From contig OY762007.1 in NCBI GenBank assembly GCA_963665115.1, forward strand, positions 7,200,001 to 7,264,000: a stretch of DNA of 64,000 nucleotides, given 5' to 3'. The position numbers and the translations under genes were made by a program. The notes beneath the pieces are model-generated. The model was not told the DNA's origin. It worked only from the letters and a program-made list of their open reading frames with translations, and searched no databases. Shown here piece by piece: positions 44,250-54,923 of this stretch (its first letter is position 1; each line of letters starts with the position of its first letter). This DNA is from an uncultured Rivularia sp. (GTDB lineage Bacteria; Cyanobacteriota; Cyanobacteriia; Cyanobacteriales; Nostocaceae).

Positions 44250-44643
44250 TGTAAAATATAGTTCACATCGAATTTTAACGAGCGCAATCTAAAAAAAGAA
44301 TAATTACGTAATAGGCTACCAAAGTATGTGAACTTTTCTACAAATGCAGCCAATTACGTTCGTAAAAATTCAGCATCGTAATAAATCAACGCCGATCTTT
44401 AGGAACACCCGCCAAAATATCAATTTGTGGAATTAGAAGTAACATTGCTACTTCTGAGATAACTTAACAAAATTTCCGGAAAATAACTTGCTAGACAAGA
44501 TACCCTTTGCAAACAAAATAAAGTGACCCAAAAATTCCGTATACATAAGAACAATATTGACCATTAAAACGCTCAATTTTTAGAACATATTAAGGTATAA
44601 AAGTCAAATATAATGGTCATCAATAATAATATTTGTGCGCGTA

Positions 44644-45327
44644 TTATCCAGCGGTATGGTGTTGATTAACTAAAGCCTGAACGATAACTTCTGGATCGTC
44701 TGTTTCAATTCCCAGTTGTTCGGCAATTTGCGCTCTCAAGCTTACGTCATCTTGCATCAAGTCCATTAACTCTTCAAGAGTGATGGTTTGATATTCCCCT
44801 TCTGCATCGGTTTCGGCTTGTGGAGCTTGTCCTGCTTGAACCAAACTTTCTTCACGGACAGCAGGTTCTACTTGAGCATCAGGTCCTTCATACTCCCATA
44901 TAGGTTCTACTTGGTTGCGCGTTAGCAATCGCATCCCGATATCGTAAGCAGCATTAGAAACTTCGCCAACTCCCAACTCTCCTAACCGTACCAATCGAGA
45001 AGCCAATTCATTATTTGGCGTTGGTGCAGCTAACAGCTTATCGCCAAATTTTTTCAACCATTCCACCCAACGTTGTTGAGGAACTCTATGTTCAATATTA
45101 TCCAACCATTTCTGCACCCAAGCTTCTCCCCGTGCTTGATGAACTCCTTCCAACAGTTCCGCAAACAGAAACTCCAAATCGGTATCGTTTAAAGGAGGTG
45201 GTGGTGACGAAGAAGAGCTATGTGAAGAACTATTCCTATCCGAAGAAATTTGCTGCTTTTTACCAAATAGCCCTTGAAAAAACTTTTTGAACCATTGAAC
45301 GAGCCTTTTTAGCATAAGGGCACCCAC
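44644..45327 (-). CDS. Stand-alone paralog of the N-terminal domain of the TPR-CHAT protein
   Basis: DLEFLFAELLEGVHQARG...NIEHRV...ELASRLVRLGELG matches the neighbour's N-terminus. Confidence 0.85.
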   Translation of the reverse strand: MGALMLKRLVQWFKKFFQGLFGKKQQISSDRNSSSHSSSSSPPPPLNDTDLEFLFAELLEGVHQARGEAWVQKWLDNIEHRVPQQRWVEWLKKFGDKLLAAPTPNNELASRLVRLGELGVGEVSNAAYDIGMRLLTRNQVEPIWEYEGPDAQVEPAVREESLVQAGQAPQAETDAEGEYQTITLEELMDLMQDDVSLRAQIAEQLGIETDDPEVIVQALVNQHHTAG

Positions 45328-45416
45328 AGCGTATTAATTACCATAAGATTGTAGCTACTTGTAACGCATTTTCTCTAAGTATTTGTTTTTTTTAAGATAC
45401 AAATTTTACTAATCAC

Positions 45417-45765
45417 GGAATAGGGAATGGGGAATGGGGGATTGGGGATTGGGAATAGTTAGGAGTAGGGAGTAGGGAGTAGGGAGTAGAGAGTAGAGAG
45501 TAGAGAGTAGGGAGTAGGGAGTAGGAAGTAGGGAGTAGGGAGTAGGAAGTAGGGAGTAGGAAGTAGGGAGTAGGAAGTAGGAAGTAGGGAGTAGGGAGTA
45601 GCAAGTAAATCACTTTTTTATTATTGTCATAAATGTCGGTACTTCTGCCCGTCTATTTTTACTCGCTACTCATTACTCATTACTCATTACTCATTACTCA
45701 TTACTTACTACTCACTACTCACTACTTTAATAATGTCCCCTTGTCTCCCCATCTCCCCATCTCCA
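45417..45765. repeat. STRR-type heptamer composite element, left copy
   Basis: (GGGAATG/GGGAGTA)n - core taaatcacttttt..ttgtcataaatgtcg - (TACTCAT)n. Confidence 0.85.
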
Positions 45766-45844
45766 TTTCCTTAAATTACAAATTAACAATTAAAATAGTT
45801 AAACCCCCGTCAGGGGGGAAAGCTTTCACAGCGCTGTCTCTTCC

Positions 45845-47861
45845 ATGTCTTACGAACCGCTACATCATAAGTATCGCCCGAAAACTTTTGCCGAATTAGT
45901 TGGGCAACAGGCGATCGCCACTACTCTTACCAATGCAATTAATACTCTGAAAATTGCTCCGGCTTATCTATTTACTGGCCCTCGGGGGACGGGTAAAACT
46001 TCTAGTGCGCGGATTTTGGCGAAATCACTTAATTGTATTAACAGCGATAAGCCTACGCCGCAGCCTTGTGGAAAGTGTAACGTTTGTCAAGAAATTAGTC
46101 GGGGTACCACTTTAGATGTAATTGAAATTGACGCTGCTAGTAATACGGGTGTTGATAATATTCGAGAAATTATCGACAGAGCGCAATTTGCCCCGGTTCA
46201 GTGCCGCTACAAGGTTTACGTGGTTGATGAATGCCATATGCTTAGTACTCAAGCGTTCAATGCGCTACTCAAGACATTAGAGGAACCACCGAAGCACGTC
46301 GTCTTTGTTCTCGCTACAACAGACCCCGCAAAGAGTACTACCAACAATTATTTCGCGCTGCCAAAGGTTTGATTTTAGACGCATTCCTATAGATGCTATG
46401 GTGCAGCATTTAAGCGAGATTGCCAAAATTGAAAATATCAATATTACACAAGAAGCCGTTACTTTAGTTGCTCAAGTCGCCCAAGGAGGATTGCGAGACG
46501 CTGAAAGTCTTCTAGATCAATTGGGTTTGTTATCGGGTGAAGTAACTCCTGAAAAAGTTTGGGATTTAGTTGGCTCGGTAAGCGAACAGGATTTATTAGA
46601 TTTATTAAAAGCAATAGTTACAGATAACTCCGAAGCCGTAATTGACAGTACCCGCGAAATATTAGACCGTGGAAGAGAACCTTTAATCATTCTGCAAAAT
46701 CTGGCTTCTTTCTACCGCGATTTACTCATAGCCAAAACTGCACCACTACGCCACGATTTGGTTGCTTGCACTCAAGGTATGTGGAAAGTATTGATAGATA
46801 TTGCTCAAAACCTGGAAATAACAATGATTTTGCACGGACAGCAGCATCTACGCACCGCTGAAGTACAAATCAAAAACACCACTCAACCGCGCTTATGGCT
46901 GGAAGTAACTTTACTGGGATTATTACCATCAGCAAATATCCCCACAGCGCCAGCTACTAGCTACAAACAAAACGCACCCAAATTTCCCTCAAACCCAGCC
47001 AACACAATCGATCGTACAGCTACCACAACCCCCCAAGTACAGCAAACACCACCTACAGTACCACCCTCTCATCCACCCGCTTCCACAAACACACAAACTC
47101 CAAAACAACCACAAAACGGAACAAGAACACAAGCAGTTTCTCCCCCCTCTACCCCCTCTACCCCCTCTACCCCCTCTACCCCCTCTAATCCTTCTCCCCC
47201 CTCCTCCCCACCTAATCCTTCTCCCCCTCCCTCCCCATCTCCACAAGGCAACCTCAACGAACTCTGGCAGCGGGTACTCACCAACCTCATACCAGTTTCT
47301 CGAAGAGAACTACTGCGTCAGATGTGCCATATCGTAGAATTTAACGGTTCTGTAGCTCGCGTTGCTGTCAAAGAGAAATGGTATGACAAAGTTAAAGAAG
47401 AGAAATCTAAAATTCAAACAGCATTTCAAGTAACTTTCAATAGTGACATCGAAGTAAATTTAGAAATTGCAAACTCTAATTCTTCTGCGGCAACTCCAAC
47501 AGTACAGCAACAGCAGAAAGTTACACCTACACAAGCAGCACCACAACCGGCACCACAACCCCTTCCATCTCCTACACCAGAAAACACACAACCACCATCA
47601 TCATCAACCCCAGCAGTTCAACCAGCAGCAGCAGTAAAAAATACCACCGCTCCCCCTCCGCAAACAACTTCTACAGCACTTCAACCAACCCCAATAGCAG
47701 AAGATCCAGAAGCTTCGGAACTGATGAAAGCAGCTCAACGTTTAGCAGATGCATTAGACGGAGAGATTATTCAATTAAACGAAGAAAATAAAGAAATATC
47801 CGACGAACCAATTGGCTCATCGGAATTAGAAGAAATTGAAGACTATGATGTTGAGTTTTAA
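45845..47861 (+). CDS. dnaX: DNA polymerase III subunit gamma/tau, split by +1 frameshift near 46326
   Basis: KYRPKTF, GPRGTGKT, EIDAAS and DECHML motifs; removing one C restores TTDPQRVLPTIISRC. No intein. Confidence 0.95.
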
Positions 47862-48070
47862 TGATTGGTAATTGGTAATTGGGGATTGGGCATGGGGCAT
47901 TGGAATAGTTAGGAGTTATGAGTAAAGAGTAGAGAGTAGAGAGTAGAGAGTAGAGAGTGGCAAATAAATCACTTTTTATTCTCATTGTCATAAATGTCGC
48001 TGCCGTAGAGGCATCTATTCTTACTCGCTACTTATTACTCATTACTCACTACTTTAATAATCTCCCCATC
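47862..48070. repeat. STRR-type heptamer composite element, right copy
   Basis: Same core and arm organisation as 45417..45765, in direct orientation. Confidence 0.85.
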
Positions 48071-49472
48071 ACTCACCTTGACGTAAGGTTTTCACCCACT
48101 TTAGGCGCTTGGGAAGTACTGACATCCGAGCAGTGGTGGTGCTTATGACTGCTATCCAATGGAACATAAATAAAATGCCCCGCAGGCTTTGTAGCAACAA
48201 AATTAAATAGGCATAACTTCTAATTGTTTTATTTTTATGTATCCGCCTAAGACCGGCAAACATTCCTAAAAATGATACTGTTACTGTCATCCCGGTTAAT
48301 GGACTTAAAATCGGTAGCCGATGACGGGCGATCGCCATTAAAAAATCTGGTATTGCTGCGGTGGGAATGATGTACTGCATCAATACAAAATTGATTAATA
48401 CTTCAAAGGTTTTCCACGTACCCATGCGGTTACGCAGAATTAAGTCCCAATAGTCGAGATAGCGCTGATATCCTCCTTCTGCCCAACGATTGCGCTGATG
48501 CCAAAGAGATGTTGCATTCGTAACGCCTTCTTCTCTAACTACCGGAAAATATACGCATTCAATATCCCATTTATCGAGATGCAGACGGAGCGTTAAATCT
48601 AAATCGTCGGTGATAGTTTCTTCATTCCATCCGCCACAACTATATAAAGCTTTACGGCGAACAAATTGACCGTTACCACGTAATTCACCAATACCATTTC
48701 TCAAACTTCGCTTTCGCTGGAAAAAGGTATCAACACCCATTTCAGCCATTTGACCTTTTGTGAAAAAATTAGTTGAAGCATTAGCGATTTCTTTTCGCAA
48801 CTGTACCGCTCCAACGTTATCTCGCTGAAATACAGGTATGGTTCGCAGCAAAATATCTGACGCAACTTGAGCATCAGCATCAAATACAGCGACGACTTCA
48901 CCCTTAGTTAGCGGTAGCACTTGGTTTAATGCTCCCGACTTACCACCAGTAGCACCGGGTTTTCGGCGGAATACTTTTAAATTTTCGTATTGATTTGCTA
49001 GTTCGCATAGCAATTGTGGTGTTTTGTCGCTGCTATTATCGTCAACTATCCAGACTTCATACCCTTCGTCTGGATATTCCAAATTGCAAAGGTTGTTTAC
49101 TAAATTGCTAATTACTAATTCTTCATTTTTTGCTGCAACTAACAAAGAGACAAAAGGTAAATCGCCGATCTCTTCTTCATCTACATGACGAGGCTTGGCA
49201 AATACAATCACCAGAGAATGAAGACCAACAACGGTAGCTAACCCTAATACAAATAAAGACCCCCAAGAAACTAGGTGCAAAGCAATCGTACCGCTCCAGA
49301 CCATTGTCAGAACTACAGCAGCTTTGCGCCTACGACCTTGAAACCGGGAAGGAACAGACAATTCTTGCGATTTTTGTTCTTCTAACTCTACATTTACCGA
49401 GATATCGGCAAATATCGAGTTCAGGGAATCAAGTTCGTTATAATCTTTTTCGGGCCAGGAATTCGCTGGCAT
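48069..49472 (-). CDS. mgdA: Monoglucosyldiacylglycerol synthase (GT2)
   Basis: MPANSWPE N-terminus, GRRRKAA, FDADA, ELRGNGQF, TDDLD and QRNRWAEGG motifs. Confidence 0.82.
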   Translation of the reverse strand: MPANSWPEKDYNELDSLNSIFADISVNVELEEQKSQELSVPSRFQGRRRKAAVVLTMVWSGTIALHLVSWGSLFVLGLATVVGLHSLVIVFAKPRHVDEEEIGDLPFVSLLVAAKNEELVISNLVNNLCNLEYPDEGYEVWIVDDNSSDKTPQLLCELANQYENLKVFRRKPGATGGKSGALNQVLPLTKGEVVAVFDADAQVASDILLRTIPVFQRDNVGAVQLRKEIANASTNFFTKGQMAEMGVDTFFQRKRSLRNGIGELRGNGQFVRRKALYSCGGWNEETITDDLDLTLRLHLDKWDIECVYFPVVREEGVTNATSLWHQRNRWAEGGYQRYLDYWDLILRNRMGTWKTFEVLINFVLMQYIIPTAAIPDFLMAIARHRLPILSPLTGMTVTVSFLGMFAGLRRIHKNKTIRSYAYLILLLQSLRGILFMFHWIAVISTTTARMSVLPKRLKWVKTLRQGE

Positions 49473-50071
49473 AGTTTACTTAATTTGAATGCAATTAATT
49501 TTATACAAAAATGCTGTGAAGCTAGTTTGGGATAACGCTACACTTTCACTGCGTTGGCTAAACCAATAGCTTAGTTTAAGACTGGTGGCATTTCTCCACC
49601 GAAGAACGTCTTGCAATAAAACTCATGAATTTGTCGGGTAATATCGCAATCCTACTAATTGGTTGTCAAGATAATCTTGCGAAAGCGTTGTTATCGCTTA
49701 AAAAATTATCATGACTGCATTTGCCTTACTTAAAAGGAATTGTCCGTCATTTTACCCCAGCCTCATAAGAAGTCAATGCAGCCTCATTGTAACCGACAAT
49801 TTCACATCAGTTACCAGCTAGCAGTGACCAGTTGTGAGTTAGGAGGCTCGGAGTAAGTAGCGAGTTGAAAGTTTCTTATAAATTACCAACAATATTTTCT
49901 TTTTATCTCTGTTGCTCAATCTTCCATTCCGACTCATTACTCATTACTTGTCTCCTTGTCTCCCTATTACCCCGCTCAAATAAATATAGTGTAATTTTCA
50001 CAAAGAACTTGGGAATACTATGTATATCTACCAAGATTATAAATTCTCAAATAACTTAAGGAATATATTGT

Positions 50072-50449
50072 ATGTCAGCATTTGAGCAACTTCAGCCTGC
50101 TACTCCTCAACAAGCGAGCGTGTACTTACCTTACGTTCAAAGTGGTAAGCGGAATTTTCTACCTTATGCTATCGGGCTTTATCGAAAAGGGGTTCTTGAA
50201 GGAAATCGTAAAATAGAAAGCAGTGAAAGCATTCCTTTCATCGCGACTTGGAATATTGCCACTCTCCCCTCAGACTTAACTCGTTGTCGAATGCAGTTTG
50301 ATGGTAATGCCGAACTGAGTTATGAAGTAATGATGGCAAGTTTTGAGTTTATAAATTTTTTAGTAGAAATACTTGAAAACTATAAGCGTCAACGCATGAC
50401 TGATTTCTCTCAATCGTTTTATCGCAAGCTGCTGCGTCTGGAAGATTAA
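50072..50449 (+). CDS. ebsA: Type IV pilus / secretion factor EbsA
   Basis: EQLQPA..VYLPY...LPYAIGLY..GVLEGNRKIE...FYRKLLR pattern. Confidence 0.82.
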   Translation: MSAFEQLQPATPQQASVYLPYVQSGKRNFLPYAIGLYRKGVLEGNRKIESSESIPFIATWNIATLPSDLTRCRMQFDGNAELSYEVMMASFEFINFLVEILENYKRQRMTDFSQSFYRKLLRLED

Positions 50450-50719
50450 CTTATCCTTAAATATTAGACAGTTATTCACTGTATCAAAACAACTAGCTAT
50501 GGGGAAAAGGATTTTATTCTTTTCCTCTATTTTTATGAAATTTAACGAAGGGGAAGGGGAAAACTTTTAGTAGTTTTTATTTCGCCACGAGAACACTCAT
50601 CTAATTTCTTAGAGCGATCGCATCTGTATTGCCCAACTATTAACTAATTCTAGATAAATTATAAAGAAGCCGGATATTCGACCTAAAATTAGAGAACGCC
50701 CAAACAGTTTTTTAGGCTA

Positions 50720-50782
50720 CTAGTGGTTTGTCCCATTAAATTTGACGTAGAACTTATCAAAACTAATAGGACAAAGCATTAG
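50720..50782. mobile_element. Small degenerate MITE-like element
   Basis: Imperfect terminal inverted repeats ctagtggtttgtcc / ggacaaagcattag. Confidence 0.4.
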
Positions 50783-50890
50783 TAATCAATTGTTCAAATA
50801 TGGTGCCAAGAGCCAGATAATTGGCTAATGGTTGAGATACCAAGCACTAATCGTAGAATTTTTTATACAGTTAAAATTAGGAGTGCGTGC

Positions 50891-51985
50891 GTGCCGAAAT
50901 CCCCTAAGTATTTACTGATTGGGTCAACCGAGGCTTCCAGCGGTAAATCAGCAACTATATTAGGTTTGTCTAATCAATTACATCAAACAGGACTTAATAT
51001 TGCTTATGGCAAACCTCTTGGTAAGTCTTTGAGAGAATCTGAAGGAAGCTTGATTGAGGAAGATGTTGAGTTTATTACCCGAAGCCTTAATCTTGAACCC
51101 AACCAAGTAGCACCTACAGTACTTGCTTTAAACGAAACTACGCTACAACAACGCCTTTCGGGCGAAGACACAACCGATTATCAGCAGTCCCTTGCAAGCG
51201 AATATCTACAAGAGTGCTTGGGCGATTTAGTTTTGCTAGAAGGCCCAGCTAATTTATCTGAAGGTCATTTGTTCGATTTGTCTTTAATGCAAGTCGCTGA
51301 TGCGTTAGATGCTGGCGTTATTCTGGTATTTCGCTATAAATCTTTGCTTTCTATTGAAGCATTATTATTTGCTAAACAGCTAGTTGGCGAACGCTTGATT
51401 GGTGTTGTAATCAACGATGTGCCCGCAGAGCATTTGCAAGCTGTTAGTAATACCATGCGTCCTTTTTTAGAACAGCAAAGCATAGCCGTCTTAGGTATAT
51501 TGCCCAAAAGTAACTTACTACGTAGCATTACCGTGCGCGAATTAGTTCATCAACTCAATGCTCAAGTTTTATGTCGTGGCGATCGCCTTAATTTATTAGT
51601 CGAAAGTCTGGCAATTGGTGCGATGAATGTTAATGCTGCGGTCAAGTATTTTCGCAAACGTCAAAATATGGCAGTAGTTACGGGTGGAGATAGAGTTGAA
51701 ATTCAGCAGGCAGCTTTGGAAACTTCTACTCAATGTCTGATTCTCACTGGACAGTTACCACCTCCATCTTTTATTCTCAGTCGTGCGGAAGAATTAGAAG
51801 TTCCGATTCTTTCTGTAGATTTAGATACTCTTAGCACTGTAGAAATTATTGAGCGTGCTTTCGGTCAAGTTGGCGTACATGAACCCATTAAAGTCGAATG
51901 CGTTCGTCATTTGATGACCGAACATTTTGACATCAATCGTTTACTAACTTTAATGGATTTGAGTCCGGCAACAACGGTATCGTAA
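50891..51985 (+). CDS. Phosphotransacetylase-family protein (BioD-like N-terminus + DRTGG domain)
   Basis: GSTEASSGKS, YGKPLG, IGAMN and VTGGDR motifs; GTG start after an AGGAG. Confidence 0.85.
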   Translation: MPKSPKYLLIGSTEASSGKSATILGLSNQLHQTGLNIAYGKPLGKSLRESEGSLIEEDVEFITRSLNLEPNQVAPTVLALNETTLQQRLSGEDTTDYQQSLASEYLQECLGDLVLLEGPANLSEGHLFDLSLMQVADALDAGVILVFRYKSLLSIEALLFAKQLVGERLIGVVINDVPAEHLQAVSNTMRPFLEQQSIAVLGILPKSNLLRSITVRELVHQLNAQVLCRGDRLNLLVESLAIGAMNVNAAVKYFRKRQNMAVVTGGDRVEIQQAALETSTQCLILTGQLPPPSFILSRAEELEVPILSVDLDTLSTVEIIERAFGQVGVHEPIKVECVRHLMTEHFDINRLLTLMDLSPATTVS

Positions 51986-52034
51986 ATAATTTATACGTTA
52001 ATTTTCCGAATCACCGAGTAGATTTTTAAGGGTT

Positions 52035-52135
52035 TGAAGCCCCCGGATTTATCCGTGGATTATACTCTGTCGAAGCCCCTAAATTCATTTATGGGAAATT
52101 AATTACGAATTACGAATTACGAATTACGAATTATA
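52035..52135. repeat. Two IS200/IS605-end-like hairpins followed by an (AATTACG)n heptamer tract
   Basis: gaagcccccggatttatccgtgg and gaagcccctaaattcatttatggg; no transposase nearby. Confidence 0.5.
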
Positions 52136-52190
52136 TTCACACACCCGGTTTTTTATAAACTGGGTTTTTCAACTAAAATTCCGATCGCCT

Positions 52191-52556
52191 TTATTTAAAG
52201 CGATCGATCGCCACGTAATGCATAAAAAGCCCCAATCCCCAGCCTGAGATCGGATAAATTGCCCAAAAATCACGGGGAGTTGTCGCTAAATTCAGCACCA
52301 CTAAGAATGCATTTACTGCTACAAATGAAATTAAATGAGCTTTAAATCCTCGACGCATAATTTTACGACGAGCTTCTTTTTCTTTGCTTGCTTTGGCTTG
52401 AATTGACCATTCTTGTTCTGCTGTCTGAAGCAAATCCGCAGAAATTCCTAACTCTATGGCCATTTCTGAAAGCTGTTTTGAGGAAAATGATTCCTCCTGC
52501 TTGTGTGCCATTGCTAGCTGAAGAATTTTTTGTACGTCATCCGAACTATAAGCCAT
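52191..52556 (-). CDS. 2TM domain protein
   Basis: YSSDDVQKILQLA, HLISFVAVNAFL and WAIYPISGWGLGLFMH motifs. Confidence 0.85.
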   Translation of the reverse strand: MAYSSDDVQKILQLAMAHKQEESFSSKQLSEMAIELGISADLLQTAEQEWSIQAKASKEKEARRKIMRRGFKAHLISFVAVNAFLVVLNLATTPRDFWAIYPISGWGLGLFMHYVAIDRFK

Positions 52557-52887
52557 TTTAAATATCTCCTAAAGGGATTCATTGGTTTTTTAAGCGGTTC
52601 AAGCTTCATGCTGACTTGAAATGCTGCAAAAAGCGGTAAGCAGCGAACGAAAATCCTTAAAACCCTATCTATGTGGCATTCCCCACACGCTGACGCGCAG
52701 CTTCCTTTTTGCTTGTCACAGGCATATGGTTGGTTGCAGCGGCTAATCCAAAAATCGGCATATTTCCATAAATTGCTTCGTAATTTCCTGGATTGATTAA
52801 ATAAGTTTCGTGCCAAATTCCAACGCTACCATCAGCACCCATAACTCGATTAAACTAAATCGAGTATTCCCTGAAGTTTTAAACTAC

Positions 52888-52931
52888 TATGCAACTAATT
52901 GCATAATAACTAATATGCACTAAATTGCATA
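52888..52931 (+). promoter_or_regulatory. Two tandem palindromic operators, tATGC-N8-GCATa
   Basis: tatgcaactaattgcata (52888-52905) and tatgcactaaattgcata (52914-52931), directly upstream of a PadR gene. Confidence 0.7.
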
Positions 52932-52950
52932 TAAAAAAAGGTTAAGAATT

Positions 52951-53496
52951 ATGTCGTTAGCACAAGCAATATTGGCATCTTTGATTGACAAATCCTGTAG
53001 TGGGTATGATTTAGCTAAGCAATTTGATGGTTCGGTAGGTTTTTTCTGGCAAGCCTCTCACCAGCAGATTTACCGCGAACTATCTAAATTAGATAAACTT
53101 GGCTGGATAACTTCTGAGATAATTATTCAAGAAGGGCGACCTGATAAAAAAGTCTATAGCGTTACACAAGAAGGTAAGCTGAAACTGCAACAATGGATTG
53201 CCCAAACTTGCGAACCAATGCAAGTTAAAGATGATTTGTTAGTTAAAATATTTAGCGGATATATCGTATCAGAGCATACAATTTTGCAACAATTAGAACA
53301 TCATCGCAAAGCTCATATTGAGAAATTATCTACATATAGAGATTTGGAACAGAAATATTTTCAAAATCCCCAACAACTTTCACAGCCCGCAAAATTCCAG
53401 TATCTAACTCTTCGTAAAGGCATTCGTTATGAGACACAGTGGGTTGAATGGTGTAACGAAGCAATCGAGCTATTAAACGAAAAGTCAAAAAATTAA
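52951..53496 (+). CDS. PadR family regulator with virulence-activator-alpha C-terminus
   Basis: SGYDLAKQF, WQASHQQIYREL and RPDKKVYSVT motifs. Confidence 0.92.
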   Translation: MSLAQAILASLIDKSCSGYDLAKQFDGSVGFFWQASHQQIYRELSKLDKLGWITSEIIIQEGRPDKKVYSVTQEGKLKLQQWIAQTCEPMQVKDDLLVKIFSGYIVSEHTILQQLEHHRKAHIEKLSTYRDLEQKYFQNPQQLSQPAKFQYLTLRKGIRYETQWVEWCNEAIELLNEKSKN

Positions 53497-53591
53497 ACTA
53501 AAAAATTGTACGCTCTAACCATAAGTAGGTTCCCGACAACTCTTTCACCTGCTAAAATATCTTGGTCGTTTAATAGCAGTCAACATCGTCT

Positions 53592-54098
53592 TTGAGTCAG
53601 TCAACAGACCTAGTAAATAACATTGATACGTTAGCGCAAGAATTAGCGACTATCCAGCAAATGGGTTCCAAGCGAATCGCCGTGCTGGGTTCTCGTCACG
53701 TGCCTATTACCCACCAGAATTTAATTGAAATGATGACTTATGCCCTAGTTTTATCAGGGAATAGAGTTATTACTTCTGGTGCTACAGGTACCAATTCAGC
53801 CGCTATCAAGGGCGCAATGCGGGCAGATCCTAACTTTCTTACGGTAATTTTACCCCAAAGCTTAGATCGTCAGCCTTTAGAGTCGCGCCAGCAATTAGAA
53901 CAAGTGATGCATCTGGTAGAAAATTCCAGCAATGACCATTTATCGCTTGCTGAAGCGAGTTACCTCTGTAACAAGGAGATTATCTCCCGCTGTCAGCAAC
54001 TTGTATCCTTCGCCTTTCACGATAGTAGGACTTTGCTACAAACGTGTAAGGATGCAGAAGAGCAAAGAAAAGTGGTAACTTTATTCTATTTTGATTAA
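53592..54098 (+). CDS. DprA/SMF-like (SLOG fold) conserved cyanobacterial protein
   Basis: IAVLGSRH, ITSGATGTN and AFHDSRTL motifs; TTG start. Confidence 0.75.
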   Translation: MSQSTDLVNNIDTLAQELATIQQMGSKRIAVLGSRHVPITHQNLIEMMTYALVLSGNRVITSGATGTNSAAIKGAMRADPNFLTVILPQSLDRQPLESRQQLEQVMHLVENSSNDHLSLAEASYLCNKEIISRCQQLVSFAFHDSRTLLQTCKDAEEQRKVVTLFYFD

Positions 54099-54405
54099 TC
54101 GGTTCTGGATTTCAGATGCTTTCTTATTAGTCATTAGTCACTTTTGTAGGGATACAATCCTTCAGCCGTTTAGATAATGGTGAATGGATGTAATTAGCAC
54201 GGTTACTAATGACTAGTGAAACTATAAAGCGTGCAGCTACTATATGTAGCTGAAAGAAATTTTTGATTGCAAATAGGTCAATAAAAAGGTCACTTTTTGA
54301 TTAAATTGCACTACGAAGTGTAAGAATAATCCGCAGGAAAATAGTTCGCTTGCTCAACCACACAATTTTATACAAATAGAAAACGAATTTTTCTAATATC
54401 TATTT

Positions 54406-54825
54406 ATGTTGATGATTTCGCAATTGCCCGTATCAGTTTTATTCTTATACTGTATTGCTATAGCTTTTCTAGAGATTTACTTACCATTTCTAGCAGTCGC
54501 TTATGCTCGTTTGAGTATTGGTTACGATTATTACGCACCTCGCGCCATGTTCGATAAACTTCCACCTTACGGACAACGTGCTACTTGGGCGCATCAAAAC
54601 TGTTTTGAAGGATTTATGATTTTCGCTGTTGCGGCTTTAATGGCTTATGCAACTGGCGTTAATTCTCCTTTAGCAGCATGGGCAGCATTAACTTTTATTA
54701 CAGTTCGTTTACTGTATTCAATTTTTTATATTTTAAATATACCCATTCTACGTTCGCTTATGTATGCTGTTGGTTTAGCTTGTTCTTGTACATTACTTGT
54801 GCTGAGTATAATTCAAGCAAGTTGA
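54406..54825 (+). CDS. MAPEG family membrane protein
   Basis: RATWAHQNCFE motif; 4 TM segments. Confidence 0.88.
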   Translation: MLMISQLPVSVLFLYCIAIAFLEIYLPFLAVAYARLSIGYDYYAPRAMFDKLPPYGQRATWAHQNCFEGFMIFAVAALMAYATGVNSPLAAWAALTFITVRLLYSIFYILNIPILRSLMYAVGLACSCTLLVLSIIQAS

Positions 54826-54923
54826 GTTTAGATAGTAGATAGTGAATAGTAGATAGTAGAAAAAATAGCTACTAACCACTATTAAAATGTAAAAATACTA
54901 ATAAAGAAAACTGATCTTGTTTT

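Noticed and set aside
45413..45899. ORFs 45413..45613 and 45633..45899 (also 47767..47991, 47957..48148, 46989..47290)
   Set aside because: Translations of heptamer or low-complexity repeats, or antisense to dnaX.
46200..46260. DnaX intein at the DEC site
   Set aside because: The sequence reads VVDECHMLS continuously; there is no insertion.
46305..46372. Programmed ribosomal frameshift in dnaX (gamma/tau)
   Set aside because: The break is inside the AAA+ core before the SRC motif, there is no slippery A-run, and it matches the other five +1 homopolymer errors.
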